From: Alphaproteobacteria bacterium
Lineage (GTDB): Bacteria; Pseudomonadota; Alphaproteobacteria; UBA828
Assembly: GCA_965200925.1 (NCBI GenBank)
Contig: OZ241738.1
Span: 491,891 to 555,890, forward strand
Length of the DNA: 64,000 nt
Reading direction: 5' to 3'
Positions 1 to 9,700 of the stretch are shown here, one piece after another. The notes below the pieces were generated by a model. That model ran no database searches. It had not been told where the DNA came from and was given only the letters and a program-made list of their open reading frames with translations. Position 1 is the stretch's first letter, and each line of letters starts with the position of its first letter. Position numbers and translations under genes: made by a program.

Positions 1-2634
1 GGGGCATGGAAGGATACACGCTGCCTCTACCCGATCCTCGATTTCCACGAGGCGGGGCATCGCGCGGTTCTGGTCTATCCCTACGAGGCCAGCGATCCCT
101 GCATCGGCGGTTGCGGACCGGGCATGGTCCAGCTTCTCGCCGAATGCCGCCAGCATGGCCTCGTCTGCCGCAACCTCCATCCCGCCAATCTGCGTGTCGT
201 CGATGGACAGGTCCGGCTGATCGATTACGGCTCGGACCTCCGCCCCCTCCATGACGAGCGCGAATTCACGGCGATGTGCCGGCGCGCCTGGCTGTGTTGC
301 CGGTGGGCCAATCGCCCCGACCTCAAGCGGATCATGCGCCGGGCGCTGGACGATGCCGGCATCCCCGAGCTGGAAGGGTTCGACCGGTTTTACGAAGCGG
401 TCCGGCGGGTGGCGGGGCTGCATGAGACGCCTGAGGACGTCGTGCTCGGGTTGGCCGGGCGGCCCGCGCACGTCCTCGATTACGGGTGCGGAAGCGGCCG
501 ACTGGCCAGCGTCCTGGCCAACCGGGGCGCACGGGTCCTGGGCTACGACCCCGACGGTGCCCATGGAACGCGCTGGGAGGCGCTTTGCGCCGGAGCCGAC
601 AGGCTGCGGTTCACGCGCGACCGGAGCGAGGCGCTGACGGTCGGCCCGTTCGATCTCGTGATCTGCCGCCGCGTTCTGTGCACCGTCGAGGAAGAGGCGG
701 AAATGCGGGCGATCCTCCGCGATTTGCGGGCCGCGGTGGCCGGGCATGGCCGGGTGATCGTAGCCGTCTGCGACCCGCATTTCACCTTCGGAGGCCCGAC
801 CCCGGAGGCCGATCGCGAACTGCCGCCCGGCGCCCGCTACGAGAGCGCGTTCGTATGGCGCAAACGCATTCGCGCGACGGGCCGGACACGCCGCGACGTC
901 CATCGGCCCGAGCGGATGCTGCGGCGCGCGTTCGCCCGCGCGGGCCTCGCGGTGCGCCGCCGCGTGGAGGCGCCGACCATCGACCTGGAGCGCTTCGAGC
1001 CGGCGTCGGACCTTCTGGCGTTCGAACTCCGGCCCCTGGCGCCGCTCGCCGGCGAGGTCGCACTCCTGGTCAAGGCGTGCGCGATGGAGGCGGGAACGAT
1101 CGAAACCCAGGTCCGCCACTTGGTGTCGCAGCTCGAAGGACCGAGGGCGTTCGCCGAGCGGATTCTCGTGATCGATTCCCGCGAGGACGACTTTCTCAGG
1201 CAATACACGCGGGGCGACCTGCGCAGCCTGCGCGAAGCGGCGCGTCGTCTGGCGGAGGCCGGCTGGATCGACCGGATCGTCGAGGGGTCCGGCGACGGCG
1301 AAGCCACCGCGGCGCTGCATCGGGCATGGTTCGGGATTTCGTGCCCGCTGGCGCATGCCGCGACCGGTGCCCAGACGGCTTCGGTGCTGGCGGGGTTCGA
1401 GGCATGCGCGGCGCGCTACGTCCTCCATGTGGATGCGGACGCCATGATCGGTCGTCTGGATCGCAACCATGACTATCTGGCCGAGATGACCGCGGTGCTG
1501 GCCGGTGACCCCGAAGCACTCACCGTATCGTTCAACATCGCCTCCGACCGCAACCGGCCCTACGGCGCCGAAGGAGAGTCCGGCCCGTGGCGCGTGGAAA
1601 CGCGCGCCGTGATGCTCGACCTCTTCCGGCTGCACCGGGCGCGCCCGCTGCCGAACGCGCTCGACGGAGGCCGTTTGGCGCTCCCTTGGCACAGGGCGTT
1701 GGACCAGGCCGTCCGGGGTGGGGCGGGGCGGTCCTGGCGCGGCGGTGACCGCCGGACTTTCTTCGTGCATCCGCCCAACGCACGCAAGCGGGACCGGGAA
1801 GCGTGGTTCGCGACGCTCGACCGTATCGAACGTGGGGCGGTCCCATGCATCCAGAAGGAAAGTGTGAATTGGACGGGAACCGCCGAGGAATGGTCGGAGC
1901 CGCGGCGGCGCGAACCCTTCGTGTTCGTCGTCTCGGGCCGCAACGTGCCGCCGGGCCGGCTGCGCCGCTGCTTCGGCTCGATGATCCGCCAGCGCGGCCC
2001 GCGATGGGGCGCCGTGGTCTTCGACGATGCATCGGAGCCGCGATTCGCCGAGCATTTCGAGATCGCCTGTGCGCGGCTGGGGGCGCACTGCACGGTCGTT
2101 CGCAACCGGGTTCGGCGCGGGCTGCTGGCCAACATGGTCGTCGCCATTCGGACGATATGCGCGAACCCCGACTCGGTAATCGTGACGCTGGATGCGGACG
2201 ACGTCCTGATCGGCGCGCGGGTCTTGGAGCGGCTGGCCGAGGAATACGACCGGGGCGCCGACGCCACTGTGGGTTCAATGCTGCGGACCGACAAGGCCGC
2301 CGACTATCCGGTGTGCTTCGACCGGCCGCGCGAACGGCGAGGCGGCAACGTCTGGCAGCATTTGCGGTCGTTCAGGAAGCGGCTGTTCGACGCCATACCG
2401 GACGAAGCCCTGCGCCTCGACGGCGACTACGTCGACCTCGCCAGCGACTGGGCTTTCATGCTGCCCATCGTGGAGAAGGCCCGTAACCCGGCGTACATCC
2501 GCGAACCGCTCTATCTCTACGAACCTTCGGGGACCGGGAAAGACCCGGCCGGCAGGGCGGCCCGCGAGAAAGTCATCGCGCGCATCGTCGCCAAGGGTCG
2601 CGCAACGGCGGGCAAAGGCCGCGCCGGGCAATGA
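1..2634 (+). CDS. Multidomain glycan-modification protein, 5' end outside the window. Kinase-like N-terminal region, class I SAM-dependent methyltransferase domain, GT2 glycosyltransferase domain.
   Basis: Frame of ORF 124..2634 is open back to position 1 (GAWKDTRCLYPILDFHEAGH... no stop). HPANLRVVDG..IDYGSD resembles a kinase catalytic loop. VLDYGCGSGRLASVLANRGARVLGYDPD is a SAM-MTase motif I. FVFVVSGRNVPP...VVFDDASEP is GT2-like. Confidence 0.6.
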   Translation, partial: GAWKDTRCLYPILDFHEAGHRAVLVYPYEASDPCIGGCGPGMVQLLAECRQHGLVCRNLHPANLRVVDGQVRLIDYGSDLRPLHDEREFTAMCRRAWLCCRWANRPDLKRIMRRALDDAGIPELEGFDRFYEAVRRVAGLHETPEDVVLGLAGRPAHVLDYGCGSGRLASVLANRGARVLGYDPDGAHGTRWEALCAGADRLRFTRDRSEALTVGPFDLVICRRVLCTVEEEAEMRAILRDLRAAVAGHGRVIVAVCDPHFTFGGPTPEADRELPPGARYESAFVWRKRIRATGRTRRDVHRPERMLRRAFARAGLAVRRRVEAPTIDLERFEPASDLLAFELRPLAPLAGEVALLVKACAMEAGTIETQVRHLVSQLEGPRAFAERILVIDSREDDFLRQYTRGDLRSLREAARRLAEAGWIDRIVEGSGDGEATAALHRAWFGISCPLAHAATGAQTASVLAGFEACAARYVLHVDADAMIGRLDRNHDYLAEMTAVLAGDPEALTVSFNIASDRNRPYGAEGESGPWRVETRAVMLDLFRLHRARPLPNALDGGRLALPWHRALDQAVRGGAGRSWRGGDRRTFFVHPPNARKRDREAWFATLDRIERGAVPCIQKESVNWTGTAEEWSEPRRREPFVFVVSGRNVPPGRLRRCFGSMIRQRGPRWGAVVFDDASEPRFAEHFEIACARLGAHCTVVRNRVRRGLLANMVVAIRTICANPDSVIVTLDADDVLIGARVLERLAEEYDRGADATVGSMLRTDKAADYPVCFDRPRERRGGNVWQHLRSFRKRLFDAIPDEALRLDGDYVDLASDWAFMLPIVEKARNPAYIREPLYLYEPSGTGKDPAGRAAREKVIARIVAKGRATAGKGRAGQ

Positions 2635-2909
2635 GGAGACATGTCGTCGCCATCGTTGGTTCGGCCGGCGCGCTTCCGAGAGACCTCCGGCATACCGTTG
2701 AGACGCTCGCATTGGCTCTGTCCAACGCCAACTTCGATCTTGTGACGGGGGGCATGGACGGCGTCATGCGTGCCGTGGCTCGGGGTCACAGCCAGTCGTC
2801 CAGCTCGTCGAATCTCGTCCATATCGAGCCCGAATGGGAGTGCGCATGGGAACAAACCCCAACGGCATACGCCGCACTTGCGGGCGTCGCGCTAGGTGCC
2901 GATCCATAA
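2631..2909 (+). pseudogene. Truncated LOG/TIGR00725-like (SLOG Rossmann) protein fragment
   Basis: VVAIVGSAG...LVTGGMDGVMRAVARG matches the N-terminal ~50 aa of LOG-family proteins. Only 92 aa, and the rest diverges into serine-rich nonsense. Its 3' end overlaps the out-of-frame extension of the GT2 gene on the opposite strand. Confidence 0.3.
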
Positions 2910-3118
2910 GCTCCCCACGGCCGGCAGGCGGCCATACCGTTCGCCCAGATCGGCAAGAAACTGATACGAAAAGGGCCAGCTATAGTCATTCCCCGTTACT
3001 TGGGCGTGCTCCGGCAAGCTCGCGGTGAAATAGGTGTCATCAGAAGTGGAGGCGCCGCCGTGAACCTGGTGGAAGGTCGACTCTCCGAGCAACAACACGT
3101 TGAGGGCGCCGGCTCGGC

Positions 3119-3790
3119 TCACATAGCGACCGAACAGTTCGAGATTGCAGAGCCCCCCCCCCCCGGCCGGAGGAATCCTTCATCATAACCCCCCACGGTA
3201 TTCCAGGTCTCTCTGGACACGCCAAAGGCATTGGTCTCGTTCTGCAGCAGGGGATTGCCCCCATGGTGTGCGCCTGCCCATACGCTGATGGCGTACAGTC
3301 GATCCAAATCGCCCTCCCAATCCACGGAGTCGAGCAAGGCATCCTCCACGGTCTGATCGTAACCTTCCAGCACGGATTGCATCTGTGGCTTGGGGCCGAG
3401 GTGGCGGCTGCCGACGAATGTGAAGGCGTCCGGATGGTGAGTCAGGACATCGAGAGTCCGGCGCACCAAGTGAGAGCTGGCCATGCGGGCGCCGTCGATA
3501 CAGATCAACAGCAAGTCCCCGGTGGCTGAGTCCCGGATCGCGTCGTTGATGGCGCGAGCCGGCGATACTCGGGCATCCTCGGGAGCGATCCGAACGAGAT
3601 GGACGGGACGCGATGACTGGTGGAGGAGATCTCCGAGTTCCAATGCGTCCGGCGAGCCGTTGTCGACGATGATGATCTCGTAATCGACATCCTCGACCGC
3701 TCTTTGCAACGGAGGCAGGAAGGACCGCAGGGTACGCGGTATTTCCCGTTGCATCTTGTAGGCTATGATGACGATCGACAGCTTGAGCAT
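3119..3790 (-). CDS. GT2-family glycosyltransferase (ATG 3790; current frame stops at 3119; a +1 shift at the G12 tract would extend it to 2892)
   Basis: MLKLSIVIIAYK...DYEIIIVDNGS... are GT2 N-terminal motifs, and the start is preceded by a GGAGG SD. The long ORF 3119..4231 upstream of this Met is leader artefact. C-terminal GGGG is encoded by the homopolymer. The out-of-frame ORF 2892..3122 (LCNLELFGRYVSRAGALNVLLLGESTFHQVH...) looks like the normal GT2 C-terminal region. Confidence 0.7.
   Translation of the reverse strand: MLKLSIVIIAYKMQREIPRTLRSFLPPLQRAVEDVDYEIIIVDNGSPDALELGDLLHQSSRPVHLVRIAPEDARVSPARAINDAIRDSATGDLLLICIDGARMASSHLVRRTLDVLTHHPDAFTFVGSRHLGPKPQMQSVLEGYDQTVEDALLDSVDWEGDLDRLYAISVWAGAHHGGNPLLQNETNAFGVSRETWNTVGGYDEGFLRPGGGGSAISNCSVAM
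3153..3164. repeat. Homopolymeric C12/G12 tract inside the GT2 coding sequence
   Basis: Read directly: agcccccccccccc ggccgg at 3151-3170, 12 consecutive C. Confidence 0.9.
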
Positions 3791-3897
3791 GGGAACCTCC
3801 AATGACCCGCTGCCCTTCTCAGGCCGATTAATTGGGGGATTACATACATAGGTTGACAAGAGGATATCAGCTTCGCTGCAGTTCGCTACCCGTATAA

Positions 3898-3964
3898 GCT
3901 GAAGGTCATGGGGTCGGGACCCAACTGCGATAAACTGTCGCCAGGGGTTCAAGCGCCACTGTCG
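3898..3964. repeat. 67-bp perfect direct repeat, left copy (putative attL core of genomic island)
   Basis: gctgaaggtcatggggtcgggacccaactgcgataaactgtcgccaggggttcaagcgccactgtcg is identical to 30213-30279. About 40 bp of weaker similarity lies immediately upstream of both copies, and both are preceded by AT-rich DNA. Confidence 0.75.
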
Positions 3965-4092
3965 ACGCTCGAGAGGCCGGTCTACGATGGCCGAGCGCGG
4001 CGGTATGGCGACGATGCCGGCGGATCGTGCGCGGGCGGAAAGCTGACAAGGCCGTCGAGTCATGTCCGCGCTTCCGCGGCGTTCGCCCCTGC

Positions 4093-5220
4093 TCAATCGA
4101 CGATGAGCCCGTGTTTGGGCAGGAGATCGCGCAGCACATAGATTCGGTGCAGTGCGGCGGCCTGATAGAAGCGCCAGATATGTGTATCCATGGCGATTCC
4201 GTAATCGTCGCCGCCGTCCAGACTTTCCCACTGCGCGTTCCAGTCCTCGCCCTCGTAATCCGGAATCGCCTCGCCGGCTTCACCGAACAGCGTGCCGGCC
4301 CGCGCAGCGTTCTGCCAAGCCTCGACACGTTCGGCTTCGTTGCCCTGGGTCAGCAGAATCTCCCGCACGCGGGGGGCGATGGCTTCGAAGTCCCGGCCGG
4401 CGCCGGTGTCGACGTCGGGCCGCAGACGGGCGAATCGCCGGAACATGTCGTGCAGGGCCCGGCACCCCGCCAGAAAGGTGACCGGGTTGTTGCGCGTGCT
4501 GCGTATCCCGGCGACCGCGTCCGGGCGCTCGTAGTCGTAACTCCAGACCAGATAGGGCCGGTCGGGCAGGGTGGCGACAGAGCCGTGCCCCAGCGCCCCC
4601 GACGCTTCTTCGGCGAGCCAGCCCTGGATGTTGGTGAGCAGGCCGCCATGCGCCCCCCGCTTCTCGAAGAACGAAGCGGCCTTCCGCGTGACATAATCCC
4701 GCATCTCGGACGACAGCTTCGCCGTCGCACCGTCTGCGCCTTCGACCTCCTCGTGAAAGCGGAAACTGCCGTTGTCGACTCTGTTGCCGCGGGAGCTGAC
4801 GCCCGAGAATCCGTAGTGCGAGAACGTGTCGGCATAGACGTGCGCGGCGATGCCCAGCAGGTGCGGCGCGAAGGCGCGATCCGCATACGTCAGATGGTGG
4901 TCGCGCATCTCCCGCGCGATCCCGCTGTCCATGCGGCACTTCAAGCGTTCCGTGTAGGTCTCGCCGACGTTGCCGGGAATGAAATGGAACGGCACCCACA
5001 CCCGGCGCTGGTCGCGGTCGTCGCGGTTGGAGAGGTCGAAGGGATGATGGGCGGTGGCTTCCGTGTCGATGCGCGACCCGTCCCGAAAGGTCACCCGGCT
5101 TCGCGCCGCGTTGTCGTCCACGAACTGGGCAGACATCGCGACGACCCGCGCCGTTTCCCGCTCCAGTCCCGCGGCGCGGGCCATGGCGTAGGCACCGTAA
5201 TAATGCATGTCGATCTGCAT
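4093..5220 (-). CDS. Hypothetical His-rich protein, possibly a metal-dependent hydrolase (Zn-PLC/S1-P1 nuclease-like fold very tentative); first gene inside the island
   Basis: Real start taken at MQIDMHYYGAYAMARAAG (ATG 5220); upstream part of ORF 4093..5382 is leader. Motifs HHPFD and HLLGIAAHVYADTFSH. Diverse amino-acid composition, unlike the overlapping antisense ORF 4027..5808. Confidence 0.45.
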   Translation of the reverse strand: MQIDMHYYGAYAMARAAGLERETARVVAMSAQFVDDNAARSRVTFRDGSRIDTEATAHHPFDLSNRDDRDQRRVWVPFHFIPGNVGETYTERLKCRMDSGIAREMRDHHLTYADRAFAPHLLGIAAHVYADTFSHYGFSGVSSRGNRVDNGSFRFHEEVEGADGATAKLSSEMRDYVTRKAASFFEKRGAHGGLLTNIQGWLAEEASGALGHGSVATLPDRPYLVWSYDYERPDAVAGIRSTRNNPVTFLAGCRALHDMFRRFARLRPDVDTGAGRDFEAIAPRVREILLTQGNEAERVEAWQNAARAGTLFGEAGEAIPDYEGEDWNAQWESLDGGDDYGIAMDTHIWRFYQAAALHRIYVLRDLLPKHGLIVD

Positions 5221-5286
5221 CGCGTTCTCCCGTCGTCGAATGCCCTTCGATATGCGGCGCCGGCGCGGGATTTCAAGGGGTTTCCT

Positions 5287-5312
5287 GTTTGCCGGCAAAC
5301 TTGCCGGCAAAC
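5287..5312. promoter_or_regulatory. Tandem palindromic operator-like site GTTTGCCGGCAAAC-TTGCCGGCAAAC in the divergent region upstream of brxA
   Basis: Perfect 14-bp palindrome followed by a second 10/12-bp copy with 12-bp periodicity. Located between the divergent hypothetical gene start (5220) and brxA start (5481). Confidence 0.4.
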
Positions 5313-5480
5313 ATATGGCCTGTCGTTGACGGAGCACCGGCGCCGTGGTAGCGACCAGCCGCCATGCACGGTCAGGCCGCATGTTCCTTTCGCCTCTCGC
5401 CGGACGCCGAGTCCCGCGCCGGGGCCGAAACGGCCGGCTTCCGCCTTGGGGCCAAAGGCACGCACACCAGCCGCACGATC

Positions 5481-6173
5481 ATGCTGGCGGAGCTGGAGGC
5501 GGTCCTGGCAGCGGCCGGTGCGGACGCCGCGCGGGCCGACTACGCGGCGGCGATCATTGAGACCAACTGTTTGTCGAAGCCTACCGCGGCGACGCGCCGG
5601 CTCTCGTGCCAGCGGCTGCGCGAGCTCCACGGGCTGGACCCGGCGCTGCCGCTGTTCCGCGTGCTCCGGCGCCTCTGGGCCTTCGATCCGGCGGGCCGCC
5701 CGCTTCTGGCCTTGCTGTCGGCGCTCGCTCGGGATCCGCTGCTTGCCGCCACCGTTCCCGCGATCGTGTCCCTGCCGCCCGGCGCCGATTTCCAGCGTGC
5801 GCCGATGAAGGCCGCGCTGCGGAGCGCCGTGGGCGAGCGCCTGAATGAGGCGGTCCTCGACAAGACCTGCCGCAACGCGGCCAGCAGCTGGACGCAATCG
5901 GGGCATCTCGAAGGGCGGACGTTCAAGAAGCGGCGGCGGGTCACGGCCTCCACGGCGGCCGTCGCCTTCGCCCTCTGGCTCGCCGGCGCCGCAGGCTGTC
6001 GCGGCGCTGGCGTCTTCGTCTCGGCGTGGCTGCGGCTGGCCGATTGCGGTCCCTCGCGGGCGCGCCGCCTGGCCCTGGAAGCGAAGCGGCTCGGCCTGAT
6101 CGACCTCCGGATGGCCGGCGATGTCGTCGAGCTCGACACGGCCCGGCTCGACCCCGCCGGAAGAGGGGTGTGA
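5481..6173 (+). CDS. brxA: BREX protein BrxA (DUF1819-like)
   Basis: First gene of a co-directional operon followed by BrxB and BrxC. Size ~230 aa; start ATG 5481 inside ORF 5364..6173. Assignment rests mainly on position and size. Confidence 0.55.
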   Translation: MLAELEAVLAAAGADAARADYAAAIIETNCLSKPTAATRRLSCQRLRELHGLDPALPLFRVLRRLWAFDPAGRPLLALLSALARDPLLAATVPAIVSLPPGADFQRAPMKAALRSAVGERLNEAVLDKTCRNAASSWTQSGHLEGRTFKKRRRVTASTAAVAFALWLAGAAGCRGAGVFVSAWLRLADCGPSRARRLALEAKRLGLIDLRMAGDVVELDTARLDPAGRGV

Positions 6174-6739
6174 CCGTGTCGCGCATCGAGGACCTCGCGG
6201 AAGCCTACGGCCGGCATATTGCGACGCCCTGGCAGCGGACGGTCGCCGGCGCCCAGCGTGTCGTGATGGTCGTCTACGACAAGGAGCAGGAGCGGATGCT
6301 GCGCGCCCGCAGGCTCGCCTTCGAGACCGCGACAAAGCGGGCCGGATACGCTTGGCTGGAGGTCGATCTGGCGCCGGCTTTCGCCGAATGGATGGCCGGC
6401 GACGAATACCGGGAGGCGTATTTCGCGACGCCCGAGGATCTGCGGCTGAAGCTCGACGCCGCGTTCCCGGACCATGTGGCCGGCCGCATCCGCGAGCGGC
6501 TGACTTCGGCGGACGCCACGGAGGCTTCCGTCGTCGCGGTCTTCGGCGCGGGCGCGCTCTTCGGCCTCGCGCGGGTCTCGCGAATCCTCGGCATGGTCGA
6601 GAGCGATATCCGCGGCCACCTCGTCCTTTTCTTCCCGGGTCAGTACGAACGGAACAACTACCGCTTGCTGGACGCGCGCGACGGCTGGAACTATCTCGCC
6701 GTGCCGATCACGCTGCGTGGCGCGGAGGAGCACGGATGA
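6170..6739 (+). CDS. brxB: BREX protein BrxB (DUF1788-like)
   Basis: ~190 aa. GTG 6170 overlaps the brxA stop (GTGA). Immediately precedes BrxC, whose ATG overlaps its stop (ATGA). Confidence 0.6.
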   Translation: MTVSRIEDLAEAYGRHIATPWQRTVAGAQRVVMVVYDKEQERMLRARRLAFETATKRAGYAWLEVDLAPAFAEWMAGDEYREAYFATPEDLRLKLDAAFPDHVAGRIRERLTSADATEASVVAVFGAGALFGLARVSRILGMVESDIRGHLVLFFPGQYERNNYRLLDARDGWNYLAVPITLRGAEEHG

Positions 6740-9700
6740 AGATCAAGGACGTCCTCCAGCGCGATCCTGCGGCGCACCCCCTCGTCAACAAGGGCCAGGC
6801 CCGGATCGCCGACCGCGAGGACGCGCAGGTGATGCGGGAGCTGCACGGCGAGCTCGCGACCTTCGTCTGCGAGGGCCAATATGCGGACGGCATCCAGAGG
6901 ATCGTCCGTTCGTTCCTCGACGATCTGGGCCGGACCAGCCAGCGCGGCGCCTGGGTCAGCGGCTTCTTCGGCAGCGGCAAGTCGCACCTCCTGAAGATGC
7001 TCTGCCACCTGTGGCGCAACACCGAATTCCCCGACGGGGCGACGGCGCGCAGCCTGGTTCCCGCGATCCCCGAAGATCTGGCCGCGCTGCTGCGCGAGCT
7101 CGACGTCGCCGCCCGGCGCGCCGGCGGCCTCATGGCCGCGGCCGGTTCGCTGCCCAGCGGCAGCACCGACCACGTGCGCCTCACCATCCTCGGGCTGCTG
7201 CTGCGCGCCGCCGGCCTGCCGGCGCAGTACCCCCAGGCCCGGTTCTGCCTGTGGCTGCACGCCGAGGGGCGCTTCGACGCCGTGAAATCCGCGGTCGAAG
7301 CGGAGGGCCGGCGCTTCGAGCGGGAGCTCAATGACCTCTATGTGAGCGGCGCGATCGCCCGCGCCGTCCTCGCCTGTGCCCCGTCCTTCGCGGCCGGCGA
7401 AGCCGAGGCCAGGCAAGCGATCAGGGCGCAATTCCCGCCCCAGGCCGCCGACATCGCGACGGCGGAGTTCCTGCGCACGGCCAAGGACGCCCTGGCGCAT
7501 GCTTCCGATAGTGAGGGCCGGGTGCCGTGCACACTCGTCGTGCTCGACGAAGTGCAGCAATATATCGGCGATTCGACCGAGCGTTCCATGCTCGTCACCG
7601 AAGTCGCGGAAGCCGTCGAAAAGCAGCTCGATAGCCACGTGATGATCGTCGGCGCGGGCCAGAGCGCGTTGACCGACGCGCCGCTCCTCCAGAAGCTGAT
7701 GGACCGCTTCACGATCCGCGTCCCGCTCTCCGACGCCGACGTGGAGACGGTCACCCGCAAGGTGCTGCTCCAGAAGAAACCCAGCGCCGTCGCCGCTCTG
7801 CGCGCGCTGCTCGAAAGGCACGGCGGCGAGATCTCGCGGCAACTCCAGGGGACCCGGCTGGGCGAGACCGCTGCGGACCGCGTGGCCCTTGCGGACGACT
7901 ACCCGCTGCTGCCGGTCCGCCGGCGTTTCTGGGACGCCTGCTTCCGCCAGATCGACGCGGCCGGCACCCACAGCCAGTTGCGTTCGCAGCTGCGCATCGT
8001 CCACGACGCCCTGGCCAGACTCTCCGACCGGCCGCTCGGCGCGGTCGTCGCCGGCGACGAACTGTTCGATGCGCTCGCGCCCGAGATGGTCAACACCGGC
8101 GTGCTGCTGCGGGAGATCAACGAACGGATCATCGAGGTCGGCGAGGCCGAAGGCGCGCTCGCGCGCCGCCTCTGCGGGCTGATCTTCCTGATCGGCAGGC
8201 TGGCGCGGGAGGCGGGAGCGGATACCGGCGTCCGGGCGACCGCAGACCACCTCGCCGATCTGGTCATCGACGATCTCGCCGCCGACAACGGCAAGCTCCG
8301 CAGCGCGGTCGAAACGACGCTCGGCAAGCTCGCCGGCAACGGCATCCTGATGCGGGTGGGCGAGGAATACCGCCTTCAGACCCGCCAGGGCGCCGAATGG
8401 GATCGGGAGTTCCGCAATCGGCAGACCCGCCTGAACAACGATTCCGCCGCGATCCAGCTTCGGCGCGACGCGCTTCTCCACGGAGAGATCGACAGGATCG
8501 TCCGCGGTCTGCGCATGGTCCAGGGGGCGGCGAAGGAACCCCGGCGCTTCGCCGTTCACCGGGGGGCGTCCCCGCCGCCCGCCGCCGACGGTTCCACGAT
8601 CCCGGTCTGGGTCCGCGACGGCTGGGCGGCGTCGGAGAAGGCGGCGGTGGAGGCGGCGCGGGCGGCGGGCGCCGCCGACCCGACGATTCACGTCTTCGTG
8701 CCCCGTCGTTCGGCGGACGATCTGCGCCGCCTGATCGTCGAGGCGGCCGCGGCCGAACAGGCGCTCGACGCGCGCGGCAACCCGACCGAGCCCGAAGGCC
8801 AGGAGGCGCGCCGGAGCATGGAGAGCCGTCGCGCCCGCGCCGAGGCCGGGCGCGACGCTCTGGTCCGCGACGTCGCCGCCAACGCCAAGGTCTTCCAGGG
8901 CGGCGGCAACGAGGTCCTTCTCGCGGCGCTGGAAGACCGCCTCCGGGCCGCCGGCGAGGACGCGCTCGCGCGCCTGTTCCCCCGCTTCAGGGAAGCCGAT
9001 GGCGCGGCGTGGCCGTCCGTCATCAAGCGTGCGCGTGACGGCGCCGACCACCCGCTCCAGCCGGTCGGGCACACGGACGCGGTGGAAAAGCACGCGGTCT
9101 GCCGGCAGGCGCTTGCCGAGATCGGCGTCGGCGCGTCCGGGGCCGCGTTGCGCAAGGCGCTGGCCGGCCCGCCCTTCGGTTGGCCGCGCGACGCCGTGGA
9201 CGCGGCGCTGATCGCGCTGCATCGCGCGCGGCATCTGTCCGCGACGCTGAACGGCGCGGCGCTCCCGCCAGGCGGGCTCGACCAGAACCGCATCGCGAAG
9301 GCGGCGTTCCGCGCCGAGCGCGCGGCCCTCTCGGTTCAGGATCGCTTGGTCCTGCGGAAGCTCTTCCAGGCCGCCGATCTTGCCTGCAAGAGTGGCGAGG
9401 AGGAAGCCCGGGCGAATGATTTCCTGGACACGCTTGCCGAACTCGCCCGTTCGGCCGGCGGTGAACCGCCGCTTCCCGTCCCGCCCGGTACGGTCGACGT
9501 CGAGGACGCGCGCCGGCTGGCCGGGAACGAACGGCTGGCGGCCATCCGCGACAAGGCCGACGAATGGGAAGGGAAGATCGCCGAGTGGCGCGCGGCGGCG
9601 AAGTCGATCGCCGCGCGTCTGCCGGCATGGCGCCTGGTCGAGCGGCTGGCGGCGCATGCCGAAGGGATCGAAGAGGCCGGGCCGCAGCGCCGCGAGGTGG

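Noticed and set aside
2892-3122. Separate 76-aa gene (GTG start) downstream of the GT2 gene
   Set aside because: Shares codon boundaries with the +1 frame of the GT2 gene and looks like the GT2 C-terminal region. Interpreted as the out-of-frame continuation caused by the C12 tract rather than an independent gene.
3898-3964. Possibility that the 67-bp repeat is the 3' end of a tRNA/tmRNA (common island target)
   Set aside because: No T-arm (GGTTCGAATCC-like) or acceptor stem/CCA can be drawn on either strand. Only a short gggtc..gaccc hairpin is present.
3908-4141. ORFs beginning MGSGPNCDKLSPGVQAPLS at both 3908 and 30223 (and mirrored minus-strand ORFs ending ...TVALEPLATVYRSWVPTP)
   Set aside because: The identical N-termini are simply the 67-bp direct repeat read in frame. 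The downstream sequences are unrelated and low-complexity. They are not paralogous genes.
4027-5808. 593-aa ORF on the + strand overlapping the hypothetical gene and brxA upstream region
   Set aside because: Arg/Pro/Ala-rich low-complexity translation typical of antisense frames in high-GC DNA. The opposite-strand ORF has balanced composition and conserved-looking motifs.
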